A DNA stretch of 64,000 nt from Octopus sinensis. Taxonomy: Eukaryota. The stretch covers positions 30,008,001 through 30,072,000 of the forward strand of contig NC_043010.1 of NCBI RefSeq assembly GCF_006345805.1, given 5' to 3'. Numbering within the stretch: the first letter of the stretch is position 1; the number at the start of each line of letters is the position of its first letter. Made by a program: the position numbers and the translations under genes. This document shows positions 14,401 to 27,369 of the stretch, in pieces. The notes beneath the pieces were generated by a model, which was not told the DNA's origin, ran no database searches, and saw only the letters and a list, made by a program, of their open reading frames with translations.

Positions 14401-15092
14401 CATTGTCAGTCTTGTATGTGAACACTGTAATTTTGGTTGAAATTGAAAGTGGGGAAACTATTCCTTTCAATGAAACCTAGTTGTTGTAACTTTCAATATC
14501 AGTGCATTTCACTGTTGGGTGAGTGGGGGTGGGGGAAAGTCACATATACTAAGACACACGCACACACAGAGACATACATTAATGCACACCTCAAGCCTAT
14601 CTCTTGGAAAAAATTATACATATTTGTTTTCCATATATTTTTCATATCTTCATATCTTCATTTGTATTTTACACGTAACATTCACCTGAATTTTTGTCAT
14701 TCGTATTAGTTTCCATTCATTTCTTAAACATCCTCTTCATTTGGATATATATATCTTTTTAATTTTTATTCTTCTAATTTTATATTTTCTTCTCATTAGC
14801 ATATATTTTTTCTGCATTCGTATATATTTTTCATTTATATATATATTTTTAGGCATAATTTACATTTAATTCTGAATTAATTATGGCTTAAACTGCAGGG
14901 TTCAATGAATTTATTTACACACCTATATTGTTTTGACATGCTAGGAATTTATTTATACATTTGTTTAGTTGTATTTATTTATTGAGAATAATTCAACTTA
15001 ATATTCTTAACTTGAATATCTCATCCCTGTGACACCGGAATTGATATTCCCTTATTATTATAAAAATATAATGATATATATATATATATATA

Positions 15093-15830
15093 GCAGCGTA
15101 CGTACACTTTGGTCTCTTATATGTAAGTATATATTTATCTAAATCTTGTCCGACTATTTTTTCTTTCTATCAGCCCTTTAACGCTTATTTGTTCATTCCA
15201 CTCTTCGTTCTTTCATTCCTCTTTTCTCACATTTCCCTGTCTTCTCTTCCTGCTCACTTTCTCTCCTCTTTTCACTTCACTGTGTCCCTGTCATTTTTTT
15301 CTCGCCCCTCCTTAATTCTTCTGTCCCTCTACCTCTCTCTCTTCTCTCCCCATGTGACCGGTGTTCGGCCAAGCCTGATCATTCTTTCTTGGTTCAGTTG
15401 TCATTCGTGCAACTTCTATATTCCTCCCTGTGCCTGTGAAATTTTGTATCCCTGCCGTTCGGCTTTATTTCTACACACGCCAGCTTAATTTAATTTGTCC
15501 TTAGTCGAAAGACACCTGTTATTATGTCCTGTTATTTGTATTTGTGTAACATTCTCTGTTTTATTTCCATCCTTGTTTTCACATACATTTGCTGCTTTCT
15601 TCCAAGGAGTCTAATGCTCTTAGCTTAGTTTTTTTCTTGGGGCTGGCCAGATTGGAGCAATCTCGAGTATAACCAGCTGAAATTGCAAAGATAATCTGGA
15701 ACTCGACTGAGGAAAGAAAACTCCGAATGACCCGTCCTTGTTTTCTTTGTGTCGTCTATCTGTTTTGTTGTCCCTTTTTTGTATCACCTAACTGTCTGGA
15801 TGTTTTGCGTTCTTGTCCCATTTGTATTTT
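15093..15830. mobile_element. Unclassified ~740-bp element embedded in (TA)n, possibly Penelope pLTR-derived
   Basis: Flanked on both sides by (TA)n; pyrimidine-rich; retains CpGs inside a CpG-poor region. Confidence 0.4.
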
Positions 15831-16384
15831 ATATATATATATATATATATAAATGTATATACTATGAAATTATATAGGGTAGTAAATTTACAGAAATCTA
15901 CTAGTGGACAGCATGCATAATAGAGTCAATGGACAACATATTTTTCATATAAAATTAGTGTACATTTCTATACACAGAAGAGGTGAACCTAACCGGACAC
16001 CTTACATGCTGAAAAGGGCATTAATAAAGCACAAGCCACAGATAAGAGTAATTTCAAAGGGGATGAAAACTGAAAACATTTCAATACTTAGCTATGTACC
16101 TAGGTTTCAACACCAATGAAAAAATATAATAATTTGCCAACTGTCTTCTCATCAGCATAGGCCACGTAATTAATGTATATTTGTGGAACATTGAGGACGT
16201 ACATGTTACATCCATATACATTATAATTTTTCAAATCCACCATGCAAGCACAGTTATAACTGGTAGCAAATAAAAATTTATGTACCAATATTCTTGAATT
16301 ACGAAAATTTTACTATAAAAATATATAGGGTAGAAAATTTAGAGAAATCTTCTATCTAGGTTAATTCTCTTCCTATTTAGTTGA

Positions 16385-16690
16385 ATTATAACTCTAACTT
16401 TCATGGCCTGGTCCAACAATTTGATACCTGTTACTTCTTCCTGGGGTATCTCTTGTACTCTTGTAACAGTTGACTATAATGCTGCAGCACCAGTTGTTGG
16501 GTATTACACTTTCCTGTACAACCATAGAACCTGATTGTCTGTTCAGGTAACTAGGTCATATCTTGCACTATCAAATATTTCAAGCATCTTAGTGGTGATT
16601 CCTGATGGATTAGGGGCTTTTTCTACCTTCATCTCTTTAATTGTTTAGTCTGTCATACTGCTGTCCACCGGAAAAGCTGGTCCTTCTGTT
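16385..16690 (-). pseudogene. RTE-clade LINE RT fragment
   Basis: Minus strand encodes GIKLLDQAMK and a K..KAPNPSGITTKML-like segment; homologous to 24660-24850. Confidence 0.6.
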
Positions 16691-17765
16691 GAAGTTCAAA
16701 TCACATTAAGGTCAACTTTGATTTTCAGCCTTCTGGGGTTAATGAAATAAAGTACCACTCAAGAAGGAACTTGGTTTGGCTGGCCTTGTGCCTAAATTTG
16801 AAATAATTATTAAATAATTTCCTCATTCTTGTCAGTAATCTTTGTTTTTTATTTGATTTCAGAAAAAAACTGTTTGAAAACATGTCTGCTCAAGTGAAAA
16901 TCAGGAGAGGACCAGTAACAACAACAACAACATCAGGAACAAGTTGACAAATAATTTACTGGAAGTACATTATGTTCAGAAATTTGATACCCCCCTGGAG
17001 CTAGTATTTTGTAGATGGTGGCTGTCTTTTGTGATGCAGTTGAAAATGGCTGTCTGCAGCTTTTGCAAATGATCTGTCGCAACCAGACAAGAGACTTATA
17101 CTGGTTTGAGTGGAAACTACATGCCTTCATGAAAGATTCCTAATTTTTAGTTTCATTCTTGTGTGTTTTTTTTTTATATCTCTCTTGATTTGTTTCAAAA
17201 TGTGAGCCTCTCACCCACTAACTGCCCTTGTCTCAATCTTTTGCTGTTTGTGATTGTGTAAAAAAGAAAGGAATTCATGTGTAAATCCAATTATTATCCT
17301 ACATGTAGCCACAATTATTGTGATGGTTCAATGTCTGTAAGCACCATAACCATAGAAATTCAGTTTGTCTGACAACTGAATTTGATATTTGTTGTCAATA
17401 ATTAATATTTTCAATCTTTTATTTACAAAAATATTTTGTTTATTAAAAAATATATTTTTTGTGTCTGTGCAGAAGTACTAAATTAGTATGAGAGAAGAGG
17501 AATTATTAACTCCTGAATGAATAATTGGCAAACTCACAATGAGAAAAGCAAAAATGGAAAGCTACTGATTCCCATCCACCACCACCTATCATTTAATTTC
17601 TTAATTTCAGATTTAAGTGTACTTGTGTCATTGCTGTCCTATCATCCAATGGTTTACTGCTGATCTATTTGTGTTTTTATATGTTTCATTATACCTATTT
17701 TATTTCCTTTTTATATTTTATCTGTTCTGTCTCCTGTTCCCCATCTGACACTGAATGAAGACATC

Positions 17766-19463
17766 ATGTATTCCATGGAACGGTTGTTTGTGTGTGACAT
17801 CTGTCACCAGGTCTTTCAACGGAGTTCTAGTCTGGATAATCACATGCGAGCTCATGACGGAGAGAAACCATACGATGACTGTTCTTCCACTTACCAAGAG
17901 CTGCAAGCTGATGCAACCATTGACACTGTTGCGCAAATCCATGCAGCCGAGCAAGAGAGTACAGAGAATATGCTGACTGACATTGTTGGTGAAGAAAGTG
18001 ATCTTGCTGACCCTAACTCACCAACTGTATCTCTATCAGACTTTGCTCCCTCGTCTCCTACAACTCAGATTGTTACTAATGACAAAGACCAAATGTTCCT
18101 CACTGACCTGACAGACATTGGTGATTGTGAATCTATTAACCAGCTATACACTTGTGAGATTTGCATGGAGATTTTTACCCATCCAGTTTTACTTAGGCAA
18201 CATTCGGAAATAGTGCATCCGAAGGAATATGGGAAAGCAAAGATGTTTGTGTGTGATATCTGCCAGAAAGCTTTCCCAGATAACTCTCAGTTAAAAAGAC
18301 ATGTACGTATCCATTCAGAGGACAGACCGTTTGTTTGTACCATATGCTCAAAAGGTTTTCGCACCACTGCTCATTTGAAACGCCATTCCTGGATGCACAC
18401 AAATCAACGACCTTATGCCTGCAAAATATGTGGCAAGTCATTTTCTGATAATTCACACCTAAAACGTCATAGCTGGTCTCATAGTGAAAATAAGCCATTT
18501 CCATGTGAACTCTGTTCGAAACAGTTTACGGACCGGTCACATTTAAAGCGGCATCTTCGAATACATTTGAACGATCGACCATTTACTTGTGATAAGTGTC
18601 CGAAAACTTTCTCTGACATTTCTCACTTGAGAAGACATACTAAGGGCCACATCACAGAGAAAACCTACCAGTGTCCTGTATGTTCAAAAACTTTTACGGA
18701 TGAATCATATCTAAACAGACATGCACAAACACATGTCATCAAAAAGAGTTTTGACTGCTTGGAATGTGGCAAGAACTTTTCTGATCGGTCCCATCTCAAA
18801 CGCCACGCTGTTATGCATTCTGATAATAAACCCTACCAATGTAGCATGTGTCCTAAATCTTTTGTGGACAGTTATCATTTGAGGAGGCATAGCAAGACAC
18901 ACTCAGAAATCAAACCATATTCTTGCTATGTATGTGGCAAGTGTTTTGTTGACAACTCTCACTTGAAGCGACATGCTAGGACACATTCCAGTGAAAGACC
19001 CTTTAAATGTGAAACATGTAACAAAGGTTTCTTAGATAGGTCTCATCTTAAACGACATGCACAAACCCATTCAGATAACCGGAAGCCTTTTGGCTGTGAT
19101 ATCTGCGGCAAGTACTTTTCTGATATGTCTCATGTCAAAAGACACCGCAAAACCCATTATGATGAACGCCCTTATCCATGCCATGAATGTGACAAATCCT
19201 TTATGACTTCATCACACTTGAAACGCCACCTGCTTTGCCATTCAGAAAATAAACCTTACCCTTGTGATCAATGTGACAAAACATTCTCTGACAGTTCCCA
19301 TTTAAAACGTCACTCTCAGACACACTCCATTGAGCAGCCGCTCAGCTGTGGAATCTGCAATAAGACTTTTTCAAGCAATTCCATTCTGAAGCGACACATG
19401 CAAGTGCACACTGATCAAATTCTTCTGAATGTAGGTTATTTACTTGCTACAGATATAGTGTAA
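17766..19463 (+). CDS. C2H2 zinc-finger protein, 565 aa, 16 fingers (2 isolated N-terminal plus 14 tandem)
   Basis: Uninterrupted 1698-nt ORF with repeated CxxC-x12-HxxxH and an acidic Ser/Pro spacer. Upstream pyrimidine tract (17700-17745) suggests a spliced 5' end; a possible GTAGGT donor lies at 19431. Confidence 0.95.
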   Translation: MYSMERLFVCDICHQVFQRSSSLDNHMRAHDGEKPYDDCSSTYQELQADATIDTVAQIHAAEQESTENMLTDIVGEESDLADPNSPTVSLSDFAPSSPTTQIVTNDKDQMFLTDLTDIGDCESINQLYTCEICMEIFTHPVLLRQHSEIVHPKEYGKAKMFVCDICQKAFPDNSQLKRHVRIHSEDRPFVCTICSKGFRTTAHLKRHSWMHTNQRPYACKICGKSFSDNSHLKRHSWSHSENKPFPCELCSKQFTDRSHLKRHLRIHLNDRPFTCDKCPKTFSDISHLRRHTKGHITEKTYQCPVCSKTFTDESYLNRHAQTHVIKKSFDCLECGKNFSDRSHLKRHAVMHSDNKPYQCSMCPKSFVDSYHLRRHSKTHSEIKPYSCYVCGKCFVDNSHLKRHARTHSSERPFKCETCNKGFLDRSHLKRHAQTHSDNRKPFGCDICGKYFSDMSHVKRHRKTHYDERPYPCHECDKSFMTSSHLKRHLLCHSENKPYPCDQCDKTFSDSSHLKRHSQTHSIEQPLSCGICNKTFSSNSILKRHMQVHTDQILLNVGYLLATDIV

Positions 19464-19692
19464 AATATTCAGTGTTGCACTTGATGGTATGCATTTCCTC
19501 TTGTTACTAACAAATTCACGCAAACATGTACATCCAGTCCACTTACACAGACTTATATACACCCCGTCTACCGACATAAGCATACGCCTGCTATATTTAT
19601 ATTGTGTGTGGATGAATACACACACACACACACACACATGCACATATGTACCTGTTTCACACATATAATACATACACACATATATGTACATG

Positions 19693-19731
<39 letters not shown>

Positions 19732-20169
19732 CGCAACACAGTGTAAATAGGAACTGAAATAGATTTATATATATTACAAAGTCCCACAGTGGGTGAAACA
19801 AGAATGTAATAGAAAGAGATGGATGTGCTTACATTGTTATTTCACCTCTATGGAGGCAGTGTTTTTTGCAATGGATATAAATACAGGTGGGGGCGAGGGG
19901 AGAAGTCTTACAAAAACTCCTGAATATAATTAAATGTTGGTTTGAGGTGGTCTTTTGATTAACAGATTTTAAACCTTTTGCTTCTGTCTCTCTATTGTAG
20001 CCAGAGTATAGAGTTGATGGGCGCTCTATGCTTGCTGCTTTTGTTGGTTCCTGCTCTGCTGAATGTTCTGCTGGTTTCTGTAAAAAGCCTTGATTATTTT
20101 ACTGAAACCATTAAAAAAAGTTTTTTTCTTTCAGTTTTTACGAAAATAATATATATAGACATTAATTAA

Positions 20170-20345
20170 AACTGGTGGGTATTGGTTTGTTTATGCCCCT
20201 GTAACTAAGCAGTTTGGCAATAGAAAGTGATAGAATAAGTACCAGACTTGACAATAAGTACTGGAATTGATTTGTATGACTAAACCCTTCAAGGTGGTTT
20301 CCTCAGAGTAGCTGCAGTCCAATAACTGAAATGAGTAAAAGGTAT
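20170..20345 (+). mobile_element. SINE family A, 3' half, CpG-decayed
   Basis: tgcccctgtaactaagcagtttggcaatagaaagtgatagaataagtacc..gctgcagtccaataactgaaatgagtaaaag. Confidence 0.65.
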
Positions 20346-21189
20346 ATGCATACATATATACTTACACGCACACACACATAAACACACTCATACACATATG
20401 CATACACATATATACACATATATAAATACATATATACATAATTATATGTATAACACACACACAGACATAATTTAATGAAGATGATAAATTGATTTACATT
20501 TTAATTAAAAGGAATAAAATACTCTTGCATTTCGTGCAACAACAACAATGATTTAGTCATAAGATTCTTTGAGGAGTGGAAGTTAGTCAATTCCTTTGAC
20601 CCAAGTACTTGACTAGTACTTTATTTTATTGATCTGCAGTGGGTGGGATGAGGGGTGGTGGTGGAGGTGAAAGACAAAGCTGAGCTCAGTAGGATTTGAA
20701 CCCAGAACAAAAAGAGCTGGAGAAACTACTGCAAAGCATTTATCTGATGCTCTAATGATCCTCACAATTCAATAATAATAATAATAATAATAATTATGAT
20801 AATAATATTCACATCCACCTCAGTAAGCAACCGATTGATCATCACATACTCTACCACAACAATAAAACTTCAAATAAGCCTACAAGGGAGTGTCTATGTG
20901 AAGGTTTGAGCTGCTAATAATAGCAGCTAACTGTTCCTCAAATCTCACTTTTCTGTCTTAAGTAGGTGGGGGGAAGGATTCAGTAGATAATGTAGTACCA
21001 TATAAACAGGTAATCGAGAATGCCTTTATTCATTGGTGTGCATGATTAAGGCAGCATTTGGGATAAGACAACAACAACAACAACAGCAGAAGGAGCAACA
21101 ACAGTGAGACATTATAAAACAAAACAAAATAAAACAAAAAGCAACAATAATTTTACCCCAAAATGTCTGTTGACAACAATAAAGTGTCG

Positions 21190-21800
21190 GCTACAAACAT
21201 TCACTCTCATTTCTACTACTACTGCTACTGCTGCTGCTGTTGTTGCAACACAGAAGAAAACAACCTGAAGCATAATCATGCCAACTCAATCACCATCACC
21301 GTCACTCATCACAGCATATAATCACATCAAACATCATTATGAACGGTAACATTTCCATCACAAACATAAACACATCACATCACCATTAACAACAACACCA
21401 CCACCACCACCATCAAGAAGCCAACTATTATCACAGCCACCACCACCGACAACACCATCAAGAAGTTAATTATTACTACCACCACCATCAACAACACTAT
21501 CACTATCACATTGAACATCACCATTGTCAACACTTATGAGCAACAACACTTCCACTACTACCACCACCACCACCACTGCCACCACCAAGATCACTATTAC
21601 CATCGTTAACACCATCACCTCCACCACCACAGACATAATCATGTCAAACATCACTATCATCAACACCCATCAATGACAGTACCACTCCACTACTTTCACC
21701 ACTACCATTACTATCGCCAAACCACTACCACTATCAATAACAGTATGATACCAGTGATTAACACATTAACAACCATGACAACAACAGCAACTCCAAAATC
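21190..21800. repeat. Degenerate (ACC/ATC/AAC)n tract
   Basis: caccaccacc and catcactatc runs. Confidence 0.75.
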
Positions 21801-22794
21801 CCACTTTCCCTTAATCCTCTTAGTACACATGGTCATTCAACCTGCTAGAAATAGCAACACAATCTTCACCATATGACAATATATTAAAAGAGATACACTA
21901 CATAATGTCATCCAAGGTACACTACTACAATTGGAACAAAACTGGATGGTTATGGCTGGGATGGATTTGGTCAATAGATCTGCTTGATCAAGACAGGCCT
22001 TGGGCTAAGCAACAAAACTGTCAGCTCAATGTTAACAATACTAACAACAATTACATCCCTGTGAAGGAGTCTCTATATAATGACTTTACTTTGCTAGAAA
22101 TAGCAGCCAAATCTTCGTTTTAAAAAATGATATCTCAGCCTACATGGATAACATAGTGTTAAATAGACAAAATGGTCATGGCTGGAACACATGTTTTGAT
22201 GATAAGTCTATTCAATCGGCTGAGCTGGATCTCAACAAACACATCATTGGCTGTCATCGTCACCAGTACCTTCACTTGCGCATCCTTACATAAAAAGACT
22301 ACAACAAAATACAAACAAAACAGGGACTATGTACTACAAATTGGCCCATGATACAACATAAAAAAAAAAACTGGAAAAAAAATAATAAAGAAGTCAGTTC
22401 CAAGATACATTAATAAACTCCATGCTGAGTTAGCTGTGACAGTGACTGCACATATGTGTAAACCTGCTTCCTAAACTTATTATTATTATTATTATTATTA
22501 TTATCAATAATTTTTTTGAAAAAGTTTTTTTTTCCTGAAATTATGAAATGTCATCAAAGCAAAATGAAATTGCGTTATTTTCTTTTTTCTCTGTCTTAAT
22601 TCAACAATCCACCAGATTGATTTATCCTCACTTCCACCACTTCTGTCTGTTAATTTATCAACACATTTTTACCTTATCTTTCCTACTCCTTGTCTACCTT
22701 GTTTCCTGTTATACTACAGCAACCCAGTTTTGATTCCAGATCACAACCATGTTAATGTTGCTTTTGCTTAATGTTTAGTAATTGCAATTATTGA

Positions 22795-23347
22795 ATAACG
22801 GCTCTATGTCACGCTGGTGAGACCCATATTGGAGTACGGGATTCAAGCCTCTTCTCCTTATCTCCTCAAAGACATACAGCATCTCAAAAGAGTCCAGAAG
22901 ATGGCTACCTGCATGGTTCTTGGTCTTAAGAATTTGTCTTATGAAGAAAGGCTGAAGACGCTCGACCTTTATTCTCTAGAAAAACGCCGCCACCGTGGTG
23001 ATCTCATTCTTGCTCACAACATTATAAGCGGAAAGTATAGCCTCTCGAAAGAGCTGTTCTTCACTCCTGCTCCAGAGTGTCGGCTGCGGGGTCATTCCGA
23101 AAAGCTCTATCTGCGATGATTTCATCTCAATCGAAGGAGAGGGGCTTTCTCCGTCCGGGTTGTGGATCCGTGGAATAAGCTGCCGGACGAGATGGTGAAG
23201 ATGCTGACGACCGCTTGGTTCAAAGACTCCCTTGACCACAAGTGGCCTGAACTCTTTACATGAACACCACCCTGTACATAACTCCATGTCCCCCTACATG
23301 GCCTTGCTTTTTGCTTTTTGAGCCAAAAAATTAACTAACTAACTAAC
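22795..23347 (+). mobile_element. CR1-clade LINE, 5'-truncated 3' end with (CTAA)n tail
   Basis: RPILEYGIQASSPYLLKDIQHLKRVQKMAT..LSYEERLKTLDLYSLEKRRHRGDLI is a typical CR1 ORF2 C-terminus; tail taactaactaactaac. Confidence 0.85.
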
Positions 23348-23479
23348 ATATGAAAGTGTGAGTAGCATTTGTGATTTAATGCAGAACAAATTACTCAAGA
23401 GGTTCCTTTGTAAAGTGTTAGGTTATGTCAATGTTTCACAAGCAGATTTGATGACAAGTAGCTTTGATGAGATTGTTGA

Positions 23480-25035
23480 AAATGTTAAAGCAGAAGCATG
23501 TAGATGTGTTGTGTGCAAGTGGTATGATGGAGGGAAGCCCCGTCTAGACAGTTCATGAGTGAGTGACATTGGTACAAATTCTTCTGGATGGGCAGTAGTG
23601 ATAGGGAGGATGGTGTGGGTATATTTTTGGTAGAGAAATGTGTTTTTGATAGGATTGTTAAGCTAAGACTAGTGTTGAATAATCTAACTGACATTTGTCT
23701 CTGGATATGCTCCACATGTTGAGCTGGCAGCTAAATAGGACTGTTTCTATGAATCTCTTTTACAAATTCTCATGATTATGAAAGACAATAACTTTATTGT
23801 CATGGTTGGTGACTGCGATGGACATGTTGGGCAGTACTCCAATGGATTTCATGGTGTGCTTGGAGGTTATGGCTTTGGTTGTAGAAATGCTAGAGTTCTG
23901 TGATACAAATGACCTGTTGATCTGCAATGTTAACTTCAGGAAACCAGCCAGCCAGCCACTTAATCACTTATTAATCAAGCTAGACTCTCTTCACCAGCAA
24001 GTGGGATAGGCAGATGCTTGTGAATGCAATGTGCTTCCCTGGTAAAGAACATTCAACTCAATATAGGTTAGTGACTTAAGATTCAGAGCTATAAGGACTT
24101 GGAGACAATCCAATATGGAAGGTTAAAGATCCATTGAACAGTCAAGAGATTTAGAAACTTAATTGAAGCATTTGATGAGAAGTGGGCGGTGGGACAACCT
24201 ACTGAAGGTCACAGATCAAATGTAGCTGGTACAAAGTTGCAGTCAGGCCAAAGGTGACATGGTGGAATGGTAAAGTAGACAGACACAGAAGTAAAGAGAT
24301 AGGATTGGAAGAATGGGGATAGCAGAGAAATATACTATATGACTAGAAGGGAAGCTATGTGGCAGGTCTATTTAGCAAGGTGAGAAGTAGAAAGAAGGTT
24401 TACCCATGTTTTACAGTGTGTGGTGTTCCAGATTGTAGGGCAGTGTATCAGAGAAAATTGTAATGAGTGGAAGAAAAAGTATGTATGGATTGATGATAGT
24501 ATATTTACACTGGGTAATTCTGGAGAGAAAGAGATTGAAAGTGCCACTATGAGAGGCTACTAAATATGGAGAATGAATAGGAGTTTTTCTAATGCGAACT
24601 TGACAGAGGAATCAGCTGTTATAGCTGACAATGGTATGTTAGATAAAGCAGTTAAGGACATGAAGACAGGGAAGGCTCTGCTCAAGAATTACTACTGAGA
24701 TGCTTAAAGTATCTGGTGAAATGGGATATAATTTAATCACCCTTGTAATTAATCAGGTAGTACAGGAAGGCATCATATCTAATGACTTATGTAGCAGCAT
24801 TACAAAAATGATCGGAGGTATCAAATTGCTGGACCAGGTCATGAAAGTTACAGAAAGGGTTATGGCTTAACCAATTCAGAAGAATGTTAGATGAGATGCA
24901 GTTTGGTTTTGTGGCAGGGATAAGTACTACTGATGCCATCTTCCTAATAAGAGAACTGCAGAAAAAGTAAGCCATTGTATGTGATGTTTATTGGCCTGGA
25001 GAAAGCCTTCAAAAGAGACCCTCATTCAATGATCT
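23480..25035 (+). pseudogene. Highly decayed RTE-clade LINE (endonuclease and RT remnants)
   Basis: FFWMGSSDREDGVGIFL (APE region), GIKLLDQVMK, QFGFVAGISTTDAIFLIRELQKK, LEKAFKR. Confidence 0.75.
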
Positions 25036-26453
25036 ACGATCAAAGGTTTTTCAGCTATAACCATTCTATCTTTTTGGATAGCAGGGATTAGATTGTGTCG
25101 TGTTGTTTGCCTTTTTTATTTCTTTAAGACAGTTGGGTGTTTTAGAAGGAATTTAGATGCTCTTTCTAACAGATTGAGACATAAAGGCTCTTTTGATGAT
25201 ATTCAAATTTAATCTCTACACAAATACTGGACAAATTCTTCTCATCCTTTGGTTGTCCGGACAGATTACTCTTACCTGGCAGTATTTCTCTCTTCCCACA
25301 ATTTGTATGCAACCAGGTGAAGACTTTAGTAATTAAGTATAAAGCTCAATGAATTTTAAATTTAGATTTGTTAATTAAATCATCATTATCATCCTTGTCA
25401 CCTCAATGTTTCTCAGCAATGGAAGTGGAGTTGGGCAGGGTTATGTCGTTTTTTCTCCTCCTTATAATCAATCATCAGTTATCTCCCCTGCGAAGTCCAA
25501 CATTCTGTGATCTGATCATGGAACACAGATATGTTTTTATATTTCATATCATTTTTGATAAACAAAATGTTGTTTATCAGGTCTCCAATAATTCAAGCAT
25601 TGGTTCACTGTATTTGTAATGATGAGAGCAACAAAAAATTGTTTGTGAAACTTGAACTAAAAAAAAAAATCAGGGAACGTTTTTGTACTCAAAAACATTG
25701 GTCTGTCTATATTCTTATCAACATTTTCATATATTTTAATGAAAGATTGACCTGCATGCATTCAGAAGATAGACCTATAGATATTGCAAAAGATAGACAT
25801 ATAGACATTACTAAAGATATACATGTATGCATAGAAAAGATATATATCTGTCTAAAGGTAGACATGTAAGCATACAAAAGATACACATGTGGGCATAGAA
25901 ACAAATTAGGCATGCAACAAACTTCTGCTCCCAAGGATTGAACCTAGAGTGCATGGTTATGAAGTGAATTTTTTAATCATGCAGAATTATTCTTTTGTTT
26001 ATTTTAATTATTTTCAGCAGAATATAATTTTACTCCAGCAGGTGTAGTCTGTTCCCATCACATTTACACTCCAATATAATTGGTGAGCCAACAAAAGAGC
26101 CACTATGCTAGAAATAGCTGCCAGATCTCCCTCAAACCACATCCACCATCTTAGGAAAGAAAGTCACATTGGATAATGTGGTCGAGCATGTGCCGTGCTT
26201 ATGAAAACGAAGATATACTCAATCCCATCATAGTTCTGTTTAGTTAAGATTGGCTAGGTGGGATGGGGGTAAACAATAACCAGCAGAATTGTTTCCCCTG
26301 CATACATTGGAAACCTGTTGCTGATGTAGGCTTTGCAGATTCCTGAAGCTCTGACCTGATTTGATAACCATGTTGAACCAGTTCATTTAGAAAATGGCCT
26401 TGACTTCTTTTACAAAATCTGAACATATAACATTGTACACAATTGATTTAAGA

Positions 26454-26791
26454 AAGGGGTTCTCAACCATTTTTCATCTATAGACCCCTTTGATTACTGT
26501 TTTATTCTGGTGGGCCCCATAGCCATTCAGTGTTTAAAAACTAGTTTTCTAGAAACTTCTTCTAAAATACCTATTTTGTTTTTCACACATTAACTTGTGT
26601 AGGTTAAATTATGTAAAATGTTAGAGAAAGAAGCTTAATTGTTTCTTGCAAAACATACCAATAAAGCAGAATTTTTTCAAGGGCCTTAAAATACTGTTTG
26701 TGGATCCCCAGTTTACTATTTTGTTGTGTAGATCCCCAAAAATTGTGCATGAACCCTCAGGGGCCATATAGACCTCAGTTGAGAACCACTG
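26454..26791. mobile_element. hAT-type MITE
   Basis: TIRs aggggttctcaac / gttgagaaccactg; near-perfect 8-bp TSD atttaaga / atttaagg. Confidence 0.75.
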
Positions 26792-26799
26792 ATTTAAGG

Positions 26800-27165
26800 G
26801 ATGCAGGCTTTGGCCGTGGTTAAGAGGCCTGCTTTTAAACCATGTGGTTCCAGGTTCAGTCCCATTACACTGCACTGAGGGCCAGTGTCTTCTACTGTAG
26901 CCCAGGGCAACCAATGCTATGTGAATGAATTTGGTTGACAAACTGTGTAGTAGACTGTTCTGTGTGCAAGCTATGTTTCTCTCCCAACTCACCATACCAC
27001 TTGACAGTGTTGGTTTGTTTACATCCCTCTGACTTAACTGCTCATCAAAAGAGACTGATGTAGTATGTACTAGACTCAGTACTTTAAAATAAGTACTTTG
27101 GTTGATTTGTTTGATTAAACCTTTTATGGTGTTGCCTCAGCATGGCCATAGTTCAATGTTGAGGA
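26800..27165 (+). mobile_element. SINE family A, decayed
   Basis: tggccgtggttaagaggcctgc..ggttccaggttcagtccc head and cagcatggccatagttcaatg tail. Confidence 0.7.
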
Positions 27166-27369
27166 TAATGATATCTCAAAATATCAAGACCTCTTGGTCA
27201 AATAGTTGGTGTTTAGTCATGTAAATGTGTTAATACTGATGGAGTGTGAGTTGTTTCGGTTGTCACATATCTCATTGTAGATTGTACAGCCTTGTTTGGG
27301 AAATCTAGAACTGTTCCTTATATTACTGGTTGTGAATGAAACTAAAATATAGGCACATGTGTGGTTATA

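Noticed and set aside
15700-15745. Hammerhead-like ctgagga..ctccgaatgacccgtc
   Set aside because: Lacks A15.1 (GAAU) and has no stem I pairing
17718-18902. Overlapping alternative-frame and antisense ORFs in the ZF gene
   Set aside because: Shadows of the real CDS
26018-26082. Internal coding exon (ttttcag..gtgagc)
   Set aside because: Stops in all three frames; could only be UTR or terminal, and has no further support
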